Of a stretch of 64,000 bases of DNA, positions 43,752 through 53,508 are shown in pieces. The notes beneath the pieces are model-generated. The model saw only the letters and a program-made list of their open reading frames with translations, was not told the origin of the DNA and ran no database searches. The translations under genes were made by a program, and so were the position numbers. How positions within the stretch are numbered: position 1 is the stretch's first letter; every line of letters starts with the position of its first letter. Source of the DNA: Nibricoccus sp. (GTDB taxonomy: Bacteria > Verrucomicrobiota > Verrucomicrobiia > Opitutales > Opitutaceae); assembly GCA_047602425.1 (NCBI GenBank), contig JASGHG010000001.1, forward strand, positions 128,001-192,000, written 5' to 3'.

Positions 43752-43802
43752 TTCAATCGAACCACCACACTGAAGAACGCCTGGAGCCCAGTGAAGAAGT
43801 AG
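43752..43802 (+). pseudogene. Degenerate copy of the last 17 codons of glnS
   Basis: 42/51 nt identical to 39880-39930; FNRTTTLKNAWSPVKK* versus FNRTITLKDAWNPGKK*. Confidence 0.85.
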
Positions 43803-44039
43803 CTACGCCTGCAGCCAATTGCACACCACGATATTTTCCTTCGCGGTTTTCCACATGATCACCAATGCCACGAAAGTCGCGGCCACCAGGAAAACCGTAT
43901 TTCCTCAAACATCGACGCTCTCCCGGAAAGCTCTTATCGAGGAGGACGACATTTCACGTTGACGATGCTCAGCCCCGATTTATAGACGGTCTGGTCCGCA
44001 GGTATCGCGTATTTGTTTCGTTAAACGAAAGGAATCATT

Positions 44040-44435
44040 ATGGAAGGGAACCTTTATTCCACCGGAGGCGCAGTTAATTTGAGCAACGGAGAAAATGTTA
44101 AGGATTTCCAGATCTCAGATTTACCACGCGACAAGATATTCTCGATAGAATTTGTCGGTATCAATGGTTTTGCCCAGCAAGATCAAATTCTCTTCGTATC
44201 CCTCGAAGTGACCAACGGAGATCGAGCGGGCACTTACCCGATCGTCCTGACGGGATCCTCTCCTTTTGGGGACCCGGCCTATCCCAAAAGAGTATTTGGA
44301 TCACAACAAGTCGCTCTTCGTGCCACGCCCAATACGAGTATAACCGTTTCCGTAGCCCGCAATAATACACACAACGAAGCTAGGATACTCTTCGAACTTG
44401 CTGGACGGGTATTCCCTCCTGCGCCGAGTACTTGA
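44040..44435 (+). CDS. Hypothetical beta-rich protein
   Basis: RBS AAAGGA before the ATG; 131 aa; AT-rich. Confidence 0.7.
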   Translation: MEGNLYSTGGAVNLSNGENVKDFQISDLPRDKIFSIEFVGINGFAQQDQILFVSLEVTNGDRAGTYPIVLTGSSPFGDPAYPKRVFGSQQVALRATPNTSITVSVARNNTHNEARILFELAGRVFPPAPST

Positions 44436-44453
44436 ACGCAGAGACGACTCCGG

Positions 44454-44703
44454 CCGCTACAAGCCAACAGAGCCAAACGAACGCGCCGCCGACCGACTGA
44501 TTTTGGCCTTCGAATCGCAAAAGAGGGACCGGCGATCGCGATCGCTGACAACGCGAGCGTGATCGCTGCCTTAGCGAGAGCTCTCGCGGGTTCGGCGATC
44601 ACGTTCGCCAACGCCGCGAGCGCAATACCAAGGCCGGCGATTGCGGTCGCCAGTGGCGCGACCACGGTCGTGAAGCGGGCGATCAGGATCGCTGCCTCAA
44701 AAC
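44454..44703. repeat. Dispersed repeat copy B containing 8 x 21-bp palindromic-core units
   Basis: Units at 44526-44693; homologous to copy A but lacks one whole unit. Confidence 0.85.
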
Positions 44704-44862
44704 CACCAGCCGTACCTGGTTGTCCTCCAATCACTGCGCCACGACCGCGAGTCCAGTGTTTGTCGGAACCAATCATCTTCAATACGCGTGTTTGACTGGA
44801 AAGATTTTGCCTCGGCTCAGTGGTTCCATTTTCGACAATTTCCCACATTCTAGACCAGCCAT

Positions 44863-45741
44863 ATGGTCTCTTTACGCAATAAAGCGCTTTTCGCGCTTTC
44901 CCTACTCTCCTTGCTTCCCTTTTTCGCCTCCGCAGACGAACCTCCGGCAAAATCCAAAGTCACGATGACCGTTGTCGCCAATGAAGGCATCCTCGTCGCC
45001 GGCTCCGAGGCACGCCTGCTGGTCGATGGACTCTTCGGCAAAAGCTACACCATTTTCCAAGCACCCGACGCCGATACGATCGCCAAACTCACTGCCGCCG
45101 CCGCGCCCTTTGACCGCTTGACCGCTGCGCTCGTGACTCACAAGGATACCGATCACGTCAACGCCGCCTATGTCAGCGCACATCTGGGCAGGGATACCGG
45201 TTGCGCATTCGTCGCACCAGCGGAGGTGGTGGAGTTGGTTCGCTCGCAACCCGACTCCTCAAAATTCGAGCAACGGATTCACGCTATCCCTCTGGTCGAG
45301 TCGGAAACCGAAACCATCATCAACAAGGTAAAAATCCGCGCGATCCCGCTGCGCCACATGCCTCGTCCACCCAACCTGCCCGAAATGCCTTTTAACGTCG
45401 GCTACCTTTTCACGGTCGACGGCATTACGTTTTTCCATACCGGCGACATGAGCGCCGAAAATCTTGCGGCGTTGCAGAGTGCCAAGCTGCACGGGGCGGA
45501 GATCGATGTCCTTTTAATCAGTTGGTACGCTTTCAAGCCCGAGGAAGGCCGGCTCGCGCAAGCGATGATCCAGTACCTCCACCCCAAGGTCGTGCTGCTC
45601 GCGCACCTCACCACCAAGAATGCGCCAGCGGAAAAAGCATTGGTGGAAAAAGTCGGCGGCCTTCCGCCTGTCATCCCTCTCGATACGGCGATGCGTACCT
45701 ACACGATCGAAAAACTTGGCACCACCGTCCGAGTGGAATGA
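44863..45741 (+). CDS. Secreted MBL-fold metallo-hydrolase
   Basis: Signal peptide; ANEGIL, LLVDG, THKDTDH, FFHTGD, LLAHL. Confidence 0.8.
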   Translation: MVSLRNKALFALSLLSLLPFFASADEPPAKSKVTMTVVANEGILVAGSEARLLVDGLFGKSYTIFQAPDADTIAKLTAAAAPFDRLTAALVTHKDTDHVNAAYVSAHLGRDTGCAFVAPAEVVELVRSQPDSSKFEQRIHAIPLVESETETIINKVKIRAIPLRHMPRPPNLPEMPFNVGYLFTVDGITFFHTGDMSAENLAALQSAKLHGAEIDVLLISWYAFKPEEGRLAQAMIQYLHPKVVLLAHLTTKNAPAEKALVEKVGGLPPVIPLDTAMRTYTIEKLGTTVRVE

Positions 45742-45903
45742 GCGGCGGAAGGCTGGGCATCGTTTCGCGAAACAGCTCCTCCATTTGTTCGCGCTCCTAA
45801 ATCCACTCTCTATCTCCAAGATGGATTGACCATCTGACCGGGGTTTGTCTTGCTGCGAACAGCGCAAACAGGAAATACACGACCTAGTACTGAGTCCAAA
45901 TTT

Positions 45904-46110
45904 ATGAAATCGATATCGCGGTTGCTTCTCGTGGGACTGCTTCTTGCATGCTTCAGCGGTTGCATCCTGCCTGCGAGCCGTTCGGGACAAGACCCCGTCA
46001 TGGGCACGATTCTTGGCGCCCAAGGCCTGGCCAATGCCGGCAAGGCGAAAGAGCAAAAGAAACAAAAAGAGCAGCAGCAGTCGGTCAAAGACTACCTCGA
46101 TAAAAAGTAG
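45904..46110 (+). CDS. Small lipoprotein
   Basis: Lipobox FSGC; 68 aa. Confidence 0.6.
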   Translation: MKSISRLLLVGLLLACFSGCILPASRSGQDPVMGTILGAQGLANAGKAKEQKKQKEQQQSVKDYLDKK

Positions 46111-46456
46111 TCAGCTCGTTTTCCAGAGAATCGAGCCGTCGTTTGGACCGGATTCTTTTCGCTCGAAACGATGAAAGTCGGTACAGGCTGAGTTATTGGG
46201 CACCAAACCTGTTTCACCAAAGCCAAATCGAGTTTTTCCCTCCTATCGTTTCGGGCTGATGGTGCGGTTTCGCGAATCCGGCAACGAGACGGCAGAAACA
46301 GCCGGAGACCAACGTCCGCTATCCATGCCCATATTGGTTGGGTCCAAATCCAAGGTGTTTGGATAAAATGTGCACACCGCCCCAACTGGGGTATATCCTT
46401 CTCGAATTGAATTGTCTTTCTTGGCTGGTTCGTCTTTGTCGAGACCGCTTTCCAGC

Positions 46457-47398
46457 ATGAGAACTACCTCTGTATTTAAACGGGCAGGGTTTTACGCGCC
46501 AGTAATACTCGCCCTATCTCTATTCTCTGGGTGCGCTACGGCCCCCCGGATTCCGCTGACGACGGCAGGCAGCCAGATTGCCCCGTCTCAAGTCTTACTT
46601 GGGATAGATACCCAGGAAATCGGGACCAGCATCGACCCGTCCGCTGCAGGCGCGGCGGCCGGCGGATTGATCGGCGCCATCGTGGATCTAAGCATCGAGA
46701 ATTCTCGCGCCAAAAAAGCGGAGCAGGCGATCATTCCCGTACGCAACGCTTTGATCGGTTACGATGCCACTGCGGCTCTTTGTGCCGCAGTGCAAAAGGA
46801 AATAGGCTCAGTCGACTGGTTGAAGAGCGCCCAGATCCAAGTTACCCAAACGGCAGGGCAAAATTCGGCGAAGGTTCTACTCAGCAAGGCACCGGGCGAC
46901 GCCGTGTTCGTCGTCAATGTGGAATACTATCTCACGCCAAAATTCGATGGAATCATTGTCGCCGCGAGAGTTGAGTTGCACGCACGCTCCGCTGCTCTGA
47001 TTAAAAAAGGCGAAAAAAGAGAAGCCGACGGCGCATCCCTCCTCTATTATAACAAGCTTTCGGTCGTCTCCCACCTCGGCACCGCGGCCTCCACGGACAA
47101 GGAGCCAAATGCAAAACTCTGGGCCGAGGAAAACGGAAAAAAGGCCAAGGACGCCTTGGACACCGGACTCAGTGAAGTCGCCAAAATGCTCGTTTTCGAT
47201 CTCACCCAGCCAGGCACCAAAGATCATGCGCTGTACGAACCACCCGCCAATACCAAGCCCGACCGTGTTGTACCAATCTCGTCACGCGGTGGCTCCAGTC
47301 TCGCGATGATCATGGTAAACGGTTACATCGTTCATACCGACGATATCCGCGTCTGGGTGCGCACGCCCAGCGGCGAACTGGTCTCCACCCTCAAATAA
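46457..47398 (+). CDS. Hypothetical lipoprotein with glycine-zipper-like segment
   Basis: Lipobox FSGC; AAGAAAGGLIGAIVD. Confidence 0.75.
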   Translation: MRTTSVFKRAGFYAPVILALSLFSGCATAPRIPLTTAGSQIAPSQVLLGIDTQEIGTSIDPSAAGAAAGGLIGAIVDLSIENSRAKKAEQAIIPVRNALIGYDATAALCAAVQKEIGSVDWLKSAQIQVTQTAGQNSAKVLLSKAPGDAVFVVNVEYYLTPKFDGIIVAARVELHARSAALIKKGEKREADGASLLYYNKLSVVSHLGTAASTDKEPNAKLWAEENGKKAKDALDTGLSEVAKMLVFDLTQPGTKDHALYEPPANTKPDRVVPISSRGGSSLAMIMVNGYIVHTDDIRVWVRTPSGELVSTLK

Positions 47399-47407
47399 TC
47401 GTCCGTC

Positions 47408-48010
47408 ATGAAAAGGGCGGGTTTTGGCTGCCTGATTTTAGTGCTGACTCTCGCCGGCTGCACCACCGAGCCTGCGAAGCTGACCCTTGCGACTCCTGTC
47501 GCGACGTCTCCTACCGCGTCAGCGCCGGCAACCATGAAACAAGTGTGTTTGCTTCTAGTCGAGGATCAGCGTACGAACTCAGAGTCGCTCGGGCAAGTCG
47601 CCGGACGCCCTTTTCATGCGAACGATTTGCCAGCTTGGATTGTACAATCGCTCAACAATCTCGCACCCGGCAAATACCTCATCTCTGAAAAAGTTCCCAA
47701 GGATGACGCTCACCTGGCGATTAAAGTCTGTATCCTCAAGGCCTACGTGAGCAACGTACTCGCCTCCAAAACCGCCGTCATCGTCCTCAAGGTGGAATAC
47801 AGTTTGAAAGGCGAAGCCAATCCCACCCCAGTCATTGTTCGCGGCCAATACACCGGACCCAACTGGGCATCCGGGACCGGGGAAGTTCAAACCGCGTTGC
47901 AAGCTGCGCTCAATCAATGCATGCAACAAATCTCCACACAGATTGATGCTAGTTTTCCTAAACCATCGAAAACCGGGATGATTGAAGCAGCCGATCATAG
48001 GGGCACTTAA
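47408..48010 (+). CDS. Hypothetical lipoprotein (possibly YajG-like)
   Basis: Lipobox LAGC; VEDQR...LG; 9 bp after the previous gene. Confidence 0.72.
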   Translation: MKRAGFGCLILVLTLAGCTTEPAKLTLATPVATSPTASAPATMKQVCLLLVEDQRTNSESLGQVAGRPFHANDLPAWIVQSLNNLAPGKYLISEKVPKDDAHLAIKVCILKAYVSNVLASKTAVIVLKVEYSLKGEANPTPVIVRGQYTGPNWASGTGEVQTALQAALNQCMQQISTQIDASFPKPSKTGMIEAADHRGT

Positions 48011-48300
48011 AAGGACGGATCGAAACAACCTTCCCAACCCGGCAACCTGTCTTGAACCAAACCATCACGCCGAAGGATGTTTGTAATTTGGGTACGAAAT
48101 AGTTCCCCGGCAGAATGTCTTTATGTCGCGGTCCAGCGCCAAACAAAATCCGGCACCGAGGCACTTCGCTCTCGTCGTGAGTTTCGTCTGCGCTAGTGAT
48201 CCTATCCACATTTCTATATAAGGTAGATTGTCCCCGCCCAAGGGAAACTCGGCGGCGCTAATCCCTTGATCCCACCAAAAGATCATCCAGGATTTGAGAC

Positions 48301-49257
48301 ATGAGGCCATCCCCACCTTGGTCGCCAGTCTGCGTTGGGCTGATTTTAACAATCACATCTGTTTGTCGAGGCGACGACTATGTCACCGTTTTCACATCGG
48401 CCACACCGGAATATTTGAAGACGCGCGCAGAGAAAGGCCCCGACAAGGTCGAAACTTATATTTTTATGCCCGGCCGCTTTCTCGAAGGCAACGTACGTGA
48501 TCGCAGTGTCGAACAGGCGAAATTCATCGACGTCGCGAAAGGCCTGGTACCCGGATTGAACAAATCGTCCTACGTACCAGCCAAAAGCCTCGCAGAGGCT
48601 GACCTACTCTTGGTCGTCCACTGGGGCGTCACGACAAGCTTTTCGGGAAGCCGAATGTTGGACATGCGTGATCCGCAAGACGTTTACGATTTAAGGCAAA
48701 GCTTTGCCATTGGACGGGCTGAAGAGATTGCCGCTGCATTGGAACAATCCGGTCCCGGAAGTCCCGTTAACCCTGAGCGCGCTCTTTCAACAGGACTCAC
48801 CCGACAATATCAGGATGATCTACAATTCCGGGATTTCGAGATGGAGACAAAAAATAGCCCGCACATGAGCAGTGTCGCCGAACTGTTGGGTTTCTCCAAT
48901 GAACTCGCGAAAGATGCAAGACGCCCCGTTTCATCCGAACTGGCAAGAACCTTGATCGCATCGTTGGAACGAGACCGCTACTTCATCGTGGTCATGGCCT
49001 ATGACTGGCAGCGCTGGCTCAAAGAAAAGAAAATGGTCCGCATGTGGGTCTCACGGCTCAGCATACCGTCTCCCGGTATTAATTTTCCAATCGCCGTTCG
49101 TCGCATGAACCTTGCCGGTGCCGACTCATTCGGGACGTCGAATCCCGAACTTGTTATGGTCGCAACGAGGAAGAAGAAACAAAGCGAAAAGGTCGTCGTC
49201 GGTGATTTGATCTTCGTCGGCTTCGAAAAGGAGCAAAAGAGCGAAAAGGGGAAGTAA
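48301..49257 (+). CDS. Hypothetical exported protein
   Basis: Signal-like N-terminus; ADLLLVVHWG, RYFIVVMAYD. Confidence 0.7.
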   Translation: MRPSPPWSPVCVGLILTITSVCRGDDYVTVFTSATPEYLKTRAEKGPDKVETYIFMPGRFLEGNVRDRSVEQAKFIDVAKGLVPGLNKSSYVPAKSLAEADLLLVVHWGVTTSFSGSRMLDMRDPQDVYDLRQSFAIGRAEEIAAALEQSGPGSPVNPERALSTGLTRQYQDDLQFRDFEMETKNSPHMSSVAELLGFSNELAKDARRPVSSELARTLIASLERDRYFIVVMAYDWQRWLKEKKMVRMWVSRLSIPSPGINFPIAVRRMNLAGADSFGTSNPELVMVATRKKKQSEKVVVGDLIFVGFEKEQKSEKGK

Positions 49258-49287
49258 ACCAAGCCGAAGACTTCTGATCACTCCCCC

Positions 49288-50034
49288 ATGAGCTCCGATC
49301 ATTTTTCCACACAGTCGGCTGAATATGCGAAGTATCGTCCGACTTATCCGGTGGAGCTGTTCGACTGGCTCGCCAATTGTTGCGCGGAACGAAATCTGGC
49401 ATGGGATTGTGCGTGCGGCAGCGGTCAGGCCACGCTGGGGCTGGCGGCCCGCTTCAAAGCTGTGATTGCGACGGATCTGAGTCGCGCTCAATTGGATCAC
49501 GCGCCAGCAGCCTGCAATATTGAGTGGAAGGTCGCGCATGCCGAAGCGAGCGGCTTGGAAACTGGCTCGGTCGATTTGATTACGGTCGCTCAGGCTTTGC
49601 ATTGGTTCGATTTGGTTCGGTTCTGGCCTGAGGTGAAACGAACATTGAAACCCCGCGGCGTGGTCGCCATTTGGTGTTATGGAGTCCTTGAAGTCGACAA
49701 CCCGCAGCTTCACGCAATCTGCGATCACTTTTATCGCGTAACGGTGGGCGATTTCTGGCCGCCGGAACGGCGCATCGTCGAAGCGGGTTACAAATCGATC
49801 GATTTCCCCTTTCAGGAAATTCCCGCGCCCACTTTTCACCTTCACGTGGACTGGTCGATCGAGCAGCTCCTGGGCTATTTTGCCAGCTGGTCTGCAACTA
49901 CCCGGTACCGCCAAGCCCGCGGCAGCGATCCCCTTCCTGAACTCCGCTCAATGTTGGCGCCTCACTTCGCCGGAGAGACGATTCGAGTCCGCTGGCCGCT
50001 TTCCTTGCGAGTGGGACGACAATCGCCGCAATAA
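49288..50034 (+). CDS. Class I SAM-dependent methyltransferase
   Basis: YAKYRPTYP, WDCACGSGQ, DLITVAQALHWFD. Confidence 0.92.
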   Translation: MSSDHFSTQSAEYAKYRPTYPVELFDWLANCCAERNLAWDCACGSGQATLGLAARFKAVIATDLSRAQLDHAPAACNIEWKVAHAEASGLETGSVDLITVAQALHWFDLVRFWPEVKRTLKPRGVVAIWCYGVLEVDNPQLHAICDHFYRVTVGDFWPPERRIVEAGYKSIDFPFQEIPAPTFHLHVDWSIEQLLGYFASWSATTRYRQARGSDPLPELRSMLAPHFAGETIRVRWPLSLRVGRQSPQ

Positions 50035-50040
50035 CGCCAC

Positions 50041-50538
50041 TCAGTCCAAAGCTAGCACGACCTCGATGTTGCCACGCGTGGCTTGGGAGTAGGGACAGGT
50101 TTGGTGTGCTTGATGCATGAGTTTTTCCGCCTGATGGCGATCGATGCCGGGCAGACTCGCACGCAACTTCACCCCGAGGCGCCAGCCACCCTGCTCGTTT
50201 TCGAGCAGCGCGACGCGACCAATGACGGTTGAGCCCGGAATCATGAGGTGGGCGCGCGTGGCCGCGCCAAGCAATGCTCCGTGAAAGCAGGCCGCATAGG
50301 CTCCGGCAAAAAGCGTTTCCGGTGTGACCGGGTCCTCTCCTTTTTCCCCAAGCTCTACCGTGAGTGCGCCATTCGGGGCTTCGACCATGCCTTGGCGTCC
50401 TCCCTGCGAAAGCATTTCGGAAGTGTGCACGATTTTTGTTCCACTTGGAAGGTTCGGCGTGCCACCAATGGAGGCGCTGGGATCGGTGGCGATACCCGTT
50501 GCAGGGCGATCAATGGAATTCTGCTTTTGTTGTTTCAC
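50041..50538 (-). CDS. ohr: Ohr-family organic hydroperoxide resistance protein
   Basis: GGRQG, PETLFAGAYAACF, AHQTCPYSQATRGNI. Confidence 0.85.
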   Translation of the reverse strand: MKQQKQNSIDRPATGIATDPSASIGGTPNLPSGTKIVHTSEMLSQGGRQGMVEAPNGALTVELGEKGEDPVTPETLFAGAYAACFHGALLGAATRAHLMIPGSTVIGRVALLENEQGGWRLGVKLRASLPGIDRHQAEKLMHQAHQTCPYSQATRGNIEVVLALD

Positions 50539-50786
50539 GATGCGGAGGTGGTTGATGGTTTTTTATGAAACAGAAACCTGGAGGCGGCCCCAATCGCACG
50601 AATTGTGCAAATTAGTCGGCCGCGTTTTCCACAATGACCCACACCTGCGCCTTCCGCCATCGGATGGCTTTCGCAAGGATTCATGGGAATAAATGCGCTT
50701 CGCCGGACTGCGGTGGAAACCCCTGATCGTGGCCAAATCCCAGGCAATTCGGGCAAATCTCCGTCGTTTAAAAAGCGCAGGAAATC

Positions 50787-50800
50787 TTGATGCGCATCAA
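50787..50800. promoter_or_regulatory. FNR/DNR-type (Crp-Fnr family) binding site
   Basis: TTGAT-GCGC-ATCAA, an exact TTGAT-N4-ATCAA consensus. Confidence 0.75.
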
Positions 50801-50836
50801 ACTTTTGTCGGTGAGAAGGGGGTTAGCGATAGTGTT

Positions 50837-51433
50837 ATGAAAAACATATTCCGTTACATGGTTCTCAGTCTTGTCCTGGCCTTCGTGGCTTCACCGTCGA
50901 TAGTCCGCGCCCATTGCGACACCTGGGAAGGTCCCGTGGTTTCCGCGGCTCGCGTCGCCCTAGCGCAAGCGGAAGTTACGCCCGTGCTGATGTGGGTAAA
51001 ACCCGCCGACGAAGCTGCCGTACGCGCGGCGTTCGCCAAAACACTCGCCGTACGCAAACAATCGAAAGAAGCGGCAGAGCTTGCCGATACTTGGTTCTTC
51101 GAGACGCTCGTCCGCATCCATCGCTCCGGCGAGGGGGCGCCGTACACTGGCTTGAAATCCGGCGAAAAAAAAGAGCCCGGCGTAACCGCCGCCGATCAGG
51201 CCCTCGACAGTGGAAAAGTAAACGTCGTGCTGGCTGAAACCATTGTTCCATTGCAGAAGGCGCTCGCACTTCGCTTTGAACGCGTCGCCGCCTTGAAGCC
51301 GCATGCCGGCCACAATGTCGAAGCTGGGCGTGAATTCGTGGAGGCCTATGTCGACTACGTGCACTTTGCGGAGCGCCTTGCATCGCTGGCGGCAACGACC
51401 GCATCCAATACCCGGCAAAGTCATCGACATTGA
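50837..51433 (+). CDS. Secreted DUF6448-like protein
   Basis: Signal peptide, then AHCDTWEGPVV, FFETLVRIHRSGEGAPYTGLK, GREFVEAYVDYVH. Confidence 0.75.
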   Translation: MKNIFRYMVLSLVLAFVASPSIVRAHCDTWEGPVVSAARVALAQAEVTPVLMWVKPADEAAVRAAFAKTLAVRKQSKEAAELADTWFFETLVRIHRSGEGAPYTGLKSGEKKEPGVTAADQALDSGKVNVVLAETIVPLQKALALRFERVAALKPHAGHNVEAGREFVEAYVDYVHFAERLASLAATTASNTRQSHRH

Positions 51434-51482
51434 AGAACCGCGCCCCAACAAATCGCGAGCCGGCGATTTCTTGGGGGCCGTC

Positions 51483-51593
51483 GTAGAGCGATAGGCGCTG
51501 CCGCGCTCCGAACGTCCCGCTAGAATCAACGAAAGACCGCGAGTTTGCGCTATTGCCGATCGCCGATCGGGTCGGCCCGCGATGCCGCTCAAC
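51483..51593. repeat. REP-like inverted pair GTAGAGCG...CGCTCAAC
   Basis: GTAG-led near-inverted termini in an intergenic region. Confidence 0.4.
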
Positions 51594-51683
51594 TCAGCTT
51601 CCGTTTTCTGACGTCCTCGGCCCGGAGGTCAAAATCGCTCCCCCATTTGACCTCGGCCGGGGGATGAATCCATTGCGCCTCGT

Positions 51684-52463
51684 ATGAATGACGAGATTGG
51701 CACCTCCACTCAAACGCAGGCGTTCATTCCGCCACCGCCCCCAAAAACACTCACCGCTCGTTTGGCCGTCGCTTTTATCGATTGGGTCGAACGTCGCAAT
51801 ATCGCCAATTCCAAGCATGGGAATCCGCCCGTCTACGATCCAAAGAAATTTCCCTGGGTCGCCGAGGTCGAGGACGAATGGGACAAAATCCGGGCCGAAC
51901 TAGCCGTTGTACTCCAACGCCGCGAGGAACTCCCCAACTTCCAGGACATTTCCGTCGACGTGAAATCGATCCAGCGCGACAACAACTGGAAGACCTTCAT
52001 GTTTCTCGGCTACGGAAAAACGTCCGAGGAAAACATGCGGCGCTGCCCGGAAACCACTCGCATTCTCAAAAAAATTCCCGGCCTTAAAACGGCGTTCTTT
52101 TCGATTCTGTCGCCGCGCAAACACATCCCGGCCCACCGCGGGCCTTACAATGGCGTCTTGCGCCTGCACCTCGGGCTGCTCGTTCCCGAACCACGTGAAA
52201 GCTGCCGCATCCGGGTTGCCTCCGATTATCTGGTTTGGGAGGAAGGCAAGGCCGTGGTGTTCGATGACTCGTTTAACCATGAAGTCTGGAACGATACCGA
52301 TGGCGTCCGGGTCGTTCTCTTCGTCGATTTTGAAAGACCGATCCGGTTTCCTTTCAACCTTCTCAACAAGCTGATCCTTTCGCTCGCCGTATTCACGCCC
52401 TACATCCGCGAGGCCGACCAAAACCAGAAAGCCTGGGAACAAAAGTTCTACGCGCGGCGGTGA
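51684..52463 (+). CDS. Aspartyl/asparaginyl beta-hydroxylase-family (LpxO-like) 2OG-Fe(II) oxygenase
   Basis: AFFSIL..KHIPAHRGP, LRLHLGL, FDDSFNHEVWN, RVVLFVD. Confidence 0.88.
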   Translation: MNDEIGTSTQTQAFIPPPPPKTLTARLAVAFIDWVERRNIANSKHGNPPVYDPKKFPWVAEVEDEWDKIRAELAVVLQRREELPNFQDISVDVKSIQRDNNWKTFMFLGYGKTSEENMRRCPETTRILKKIPGLKTAFFSILSPRKHIPAHRGPYNGVLRLHLGLLVPEPRESCRIRVASDYLVWEEGKAVVFDDSFNHEVWNDTDGVRVVLFVDFERPIRFPFNLLNKLILSLAVFTPYIREADQNQKAWEQKFYARR

Positions 52464-52515
52464 GCGATTTCCTTCTAACAGCGCCGCCGGCGTCGGGCGG
52501 AACACCGCTTGCAGG

Positions 52516-53280
52516 TTAGCGGTCCCGGCCGGCCGCCCAAAGCAGTCCGTGGCTGATGAGAGAAATGAATGTCGGATCGTCCCAAGTGACATTACCGTGG
52601 CCAAACGTCGTGCCGAAGACGCGTGTGCCGTGATAATCGTTACACCAGACGACCGGCTGAAGCTTGCCGTCTTCCGAACTCTCAGCCACCGCCAAGGCCG
52701 TCGCACCGGGCCATAGTTTCTCAATGACGTAAAGTTCGTCCATGGGCGTCGTCCATTTCACGGGAAAACCTTTTAAGGCCGGATGGTTCGGCGCCTGCGG
52801 GATGACAGTGTGGGAGCCCTGTTTCGTGTGGCGGCGGCTCGTGACTCCGAGAAATTCACGCCAGTCGTCGACCTTCGCGGCGCGGTAGGTGTGCATGGCA
52901 CAGTGGATCACCACCGCAGGTTTGCCGGTTCTATGAGCCTGTGTGATCTTCCTGATGTAATCCGGATCGTCGGTGTCGGCGAAACATTCGTTGTGCACCA
53001 CGACGTCGTAGGGTTTGGCCCATTCCGGATTGTCGTAGAGGGAAATCTTCGCCGCAGTCGTCGCGCCGCCTTCATTTACGACTGTCCACACCACGTTGCC
53101 GTAACGTTTCATGCCTTCCATGAAAGCGTGGGACTGGTAGGCGTAATCATGACAACAACCACCCGTTATCAGCAGCGCACGGATCGGCGGTTCCGTTGTT
53201 GCCTCCCCTCTGGCTGAAAAAGCAATCGCCGTTACGAAAATGCTGAAAATGACGCGCGCAAATCTCGGAAGCAGATTCAT
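52516..53280 (-). CDS. ThuA-domain protein
   Basis: LLITGGCCHDY, DELY, RVFGTTFGH, GLLWAAG. Confidence 0.85.
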   Translation of the reverse strand: MNLLPRFARVIFSIFVTAIAFSARGEATTEPPIRALLITGGCCHDYAYQSHAFMEGMKRYGNVVWTVVNEGGATTAAKISLYDNPEWAKPYDVVVHNECFADTDDPDYIRKITQAHRTGKPAVVIHCAMHTYRAAKVDDWREFLGVTSRRHTKQGSHTVIPQAPNHPALKGFPVKWTTPMDELYVIEKLWPGATALAVAESSEDGKLQPVVWCNDYHGTRVFGTTFGHGNVTWDDPTFISLISHGLLWAAGRDR

Positions 53281-53471
53281 AGTCTGCACTGATTACGCGG
53301 CGCTGACTACAGGTCAAGTTGCACAACTGTTTAGAAGTCTAGGCGGGATGCGGCGCTAGTGAATAACTGCGCCACGCCAACTGAATAAGGTACTCACCCC
53401 AATTCGCACAACGACAGCCAATGTTTGGACCAGGCAGGCTGTCACATGCAACTGGTTAACCACTTTTTATC

Positions 53472-53498
53472 TACAGTTTAACTTCGGTATGCCGTTAA
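53472..53498 (+). promoter_or_regulatory. Putative sigma28 (FliA) promoter
   Basis: TACAGTTT-N11-GCCGTTAA versus consensus TAAAGTTT-N11-GCCGATAA, 10 bp before an MCP gene. Confidence 0.7.
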
Positions 53499-53508
53499 TC
53501 CGGACAAC

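Noticed and set aside
44279..44950. 223-aa Ala-rich minus-strand ORF
   Set aside because: It overlaps two better-supported + strand genes, and the homologous copy A has a 1-bp deletion breaking the frame.
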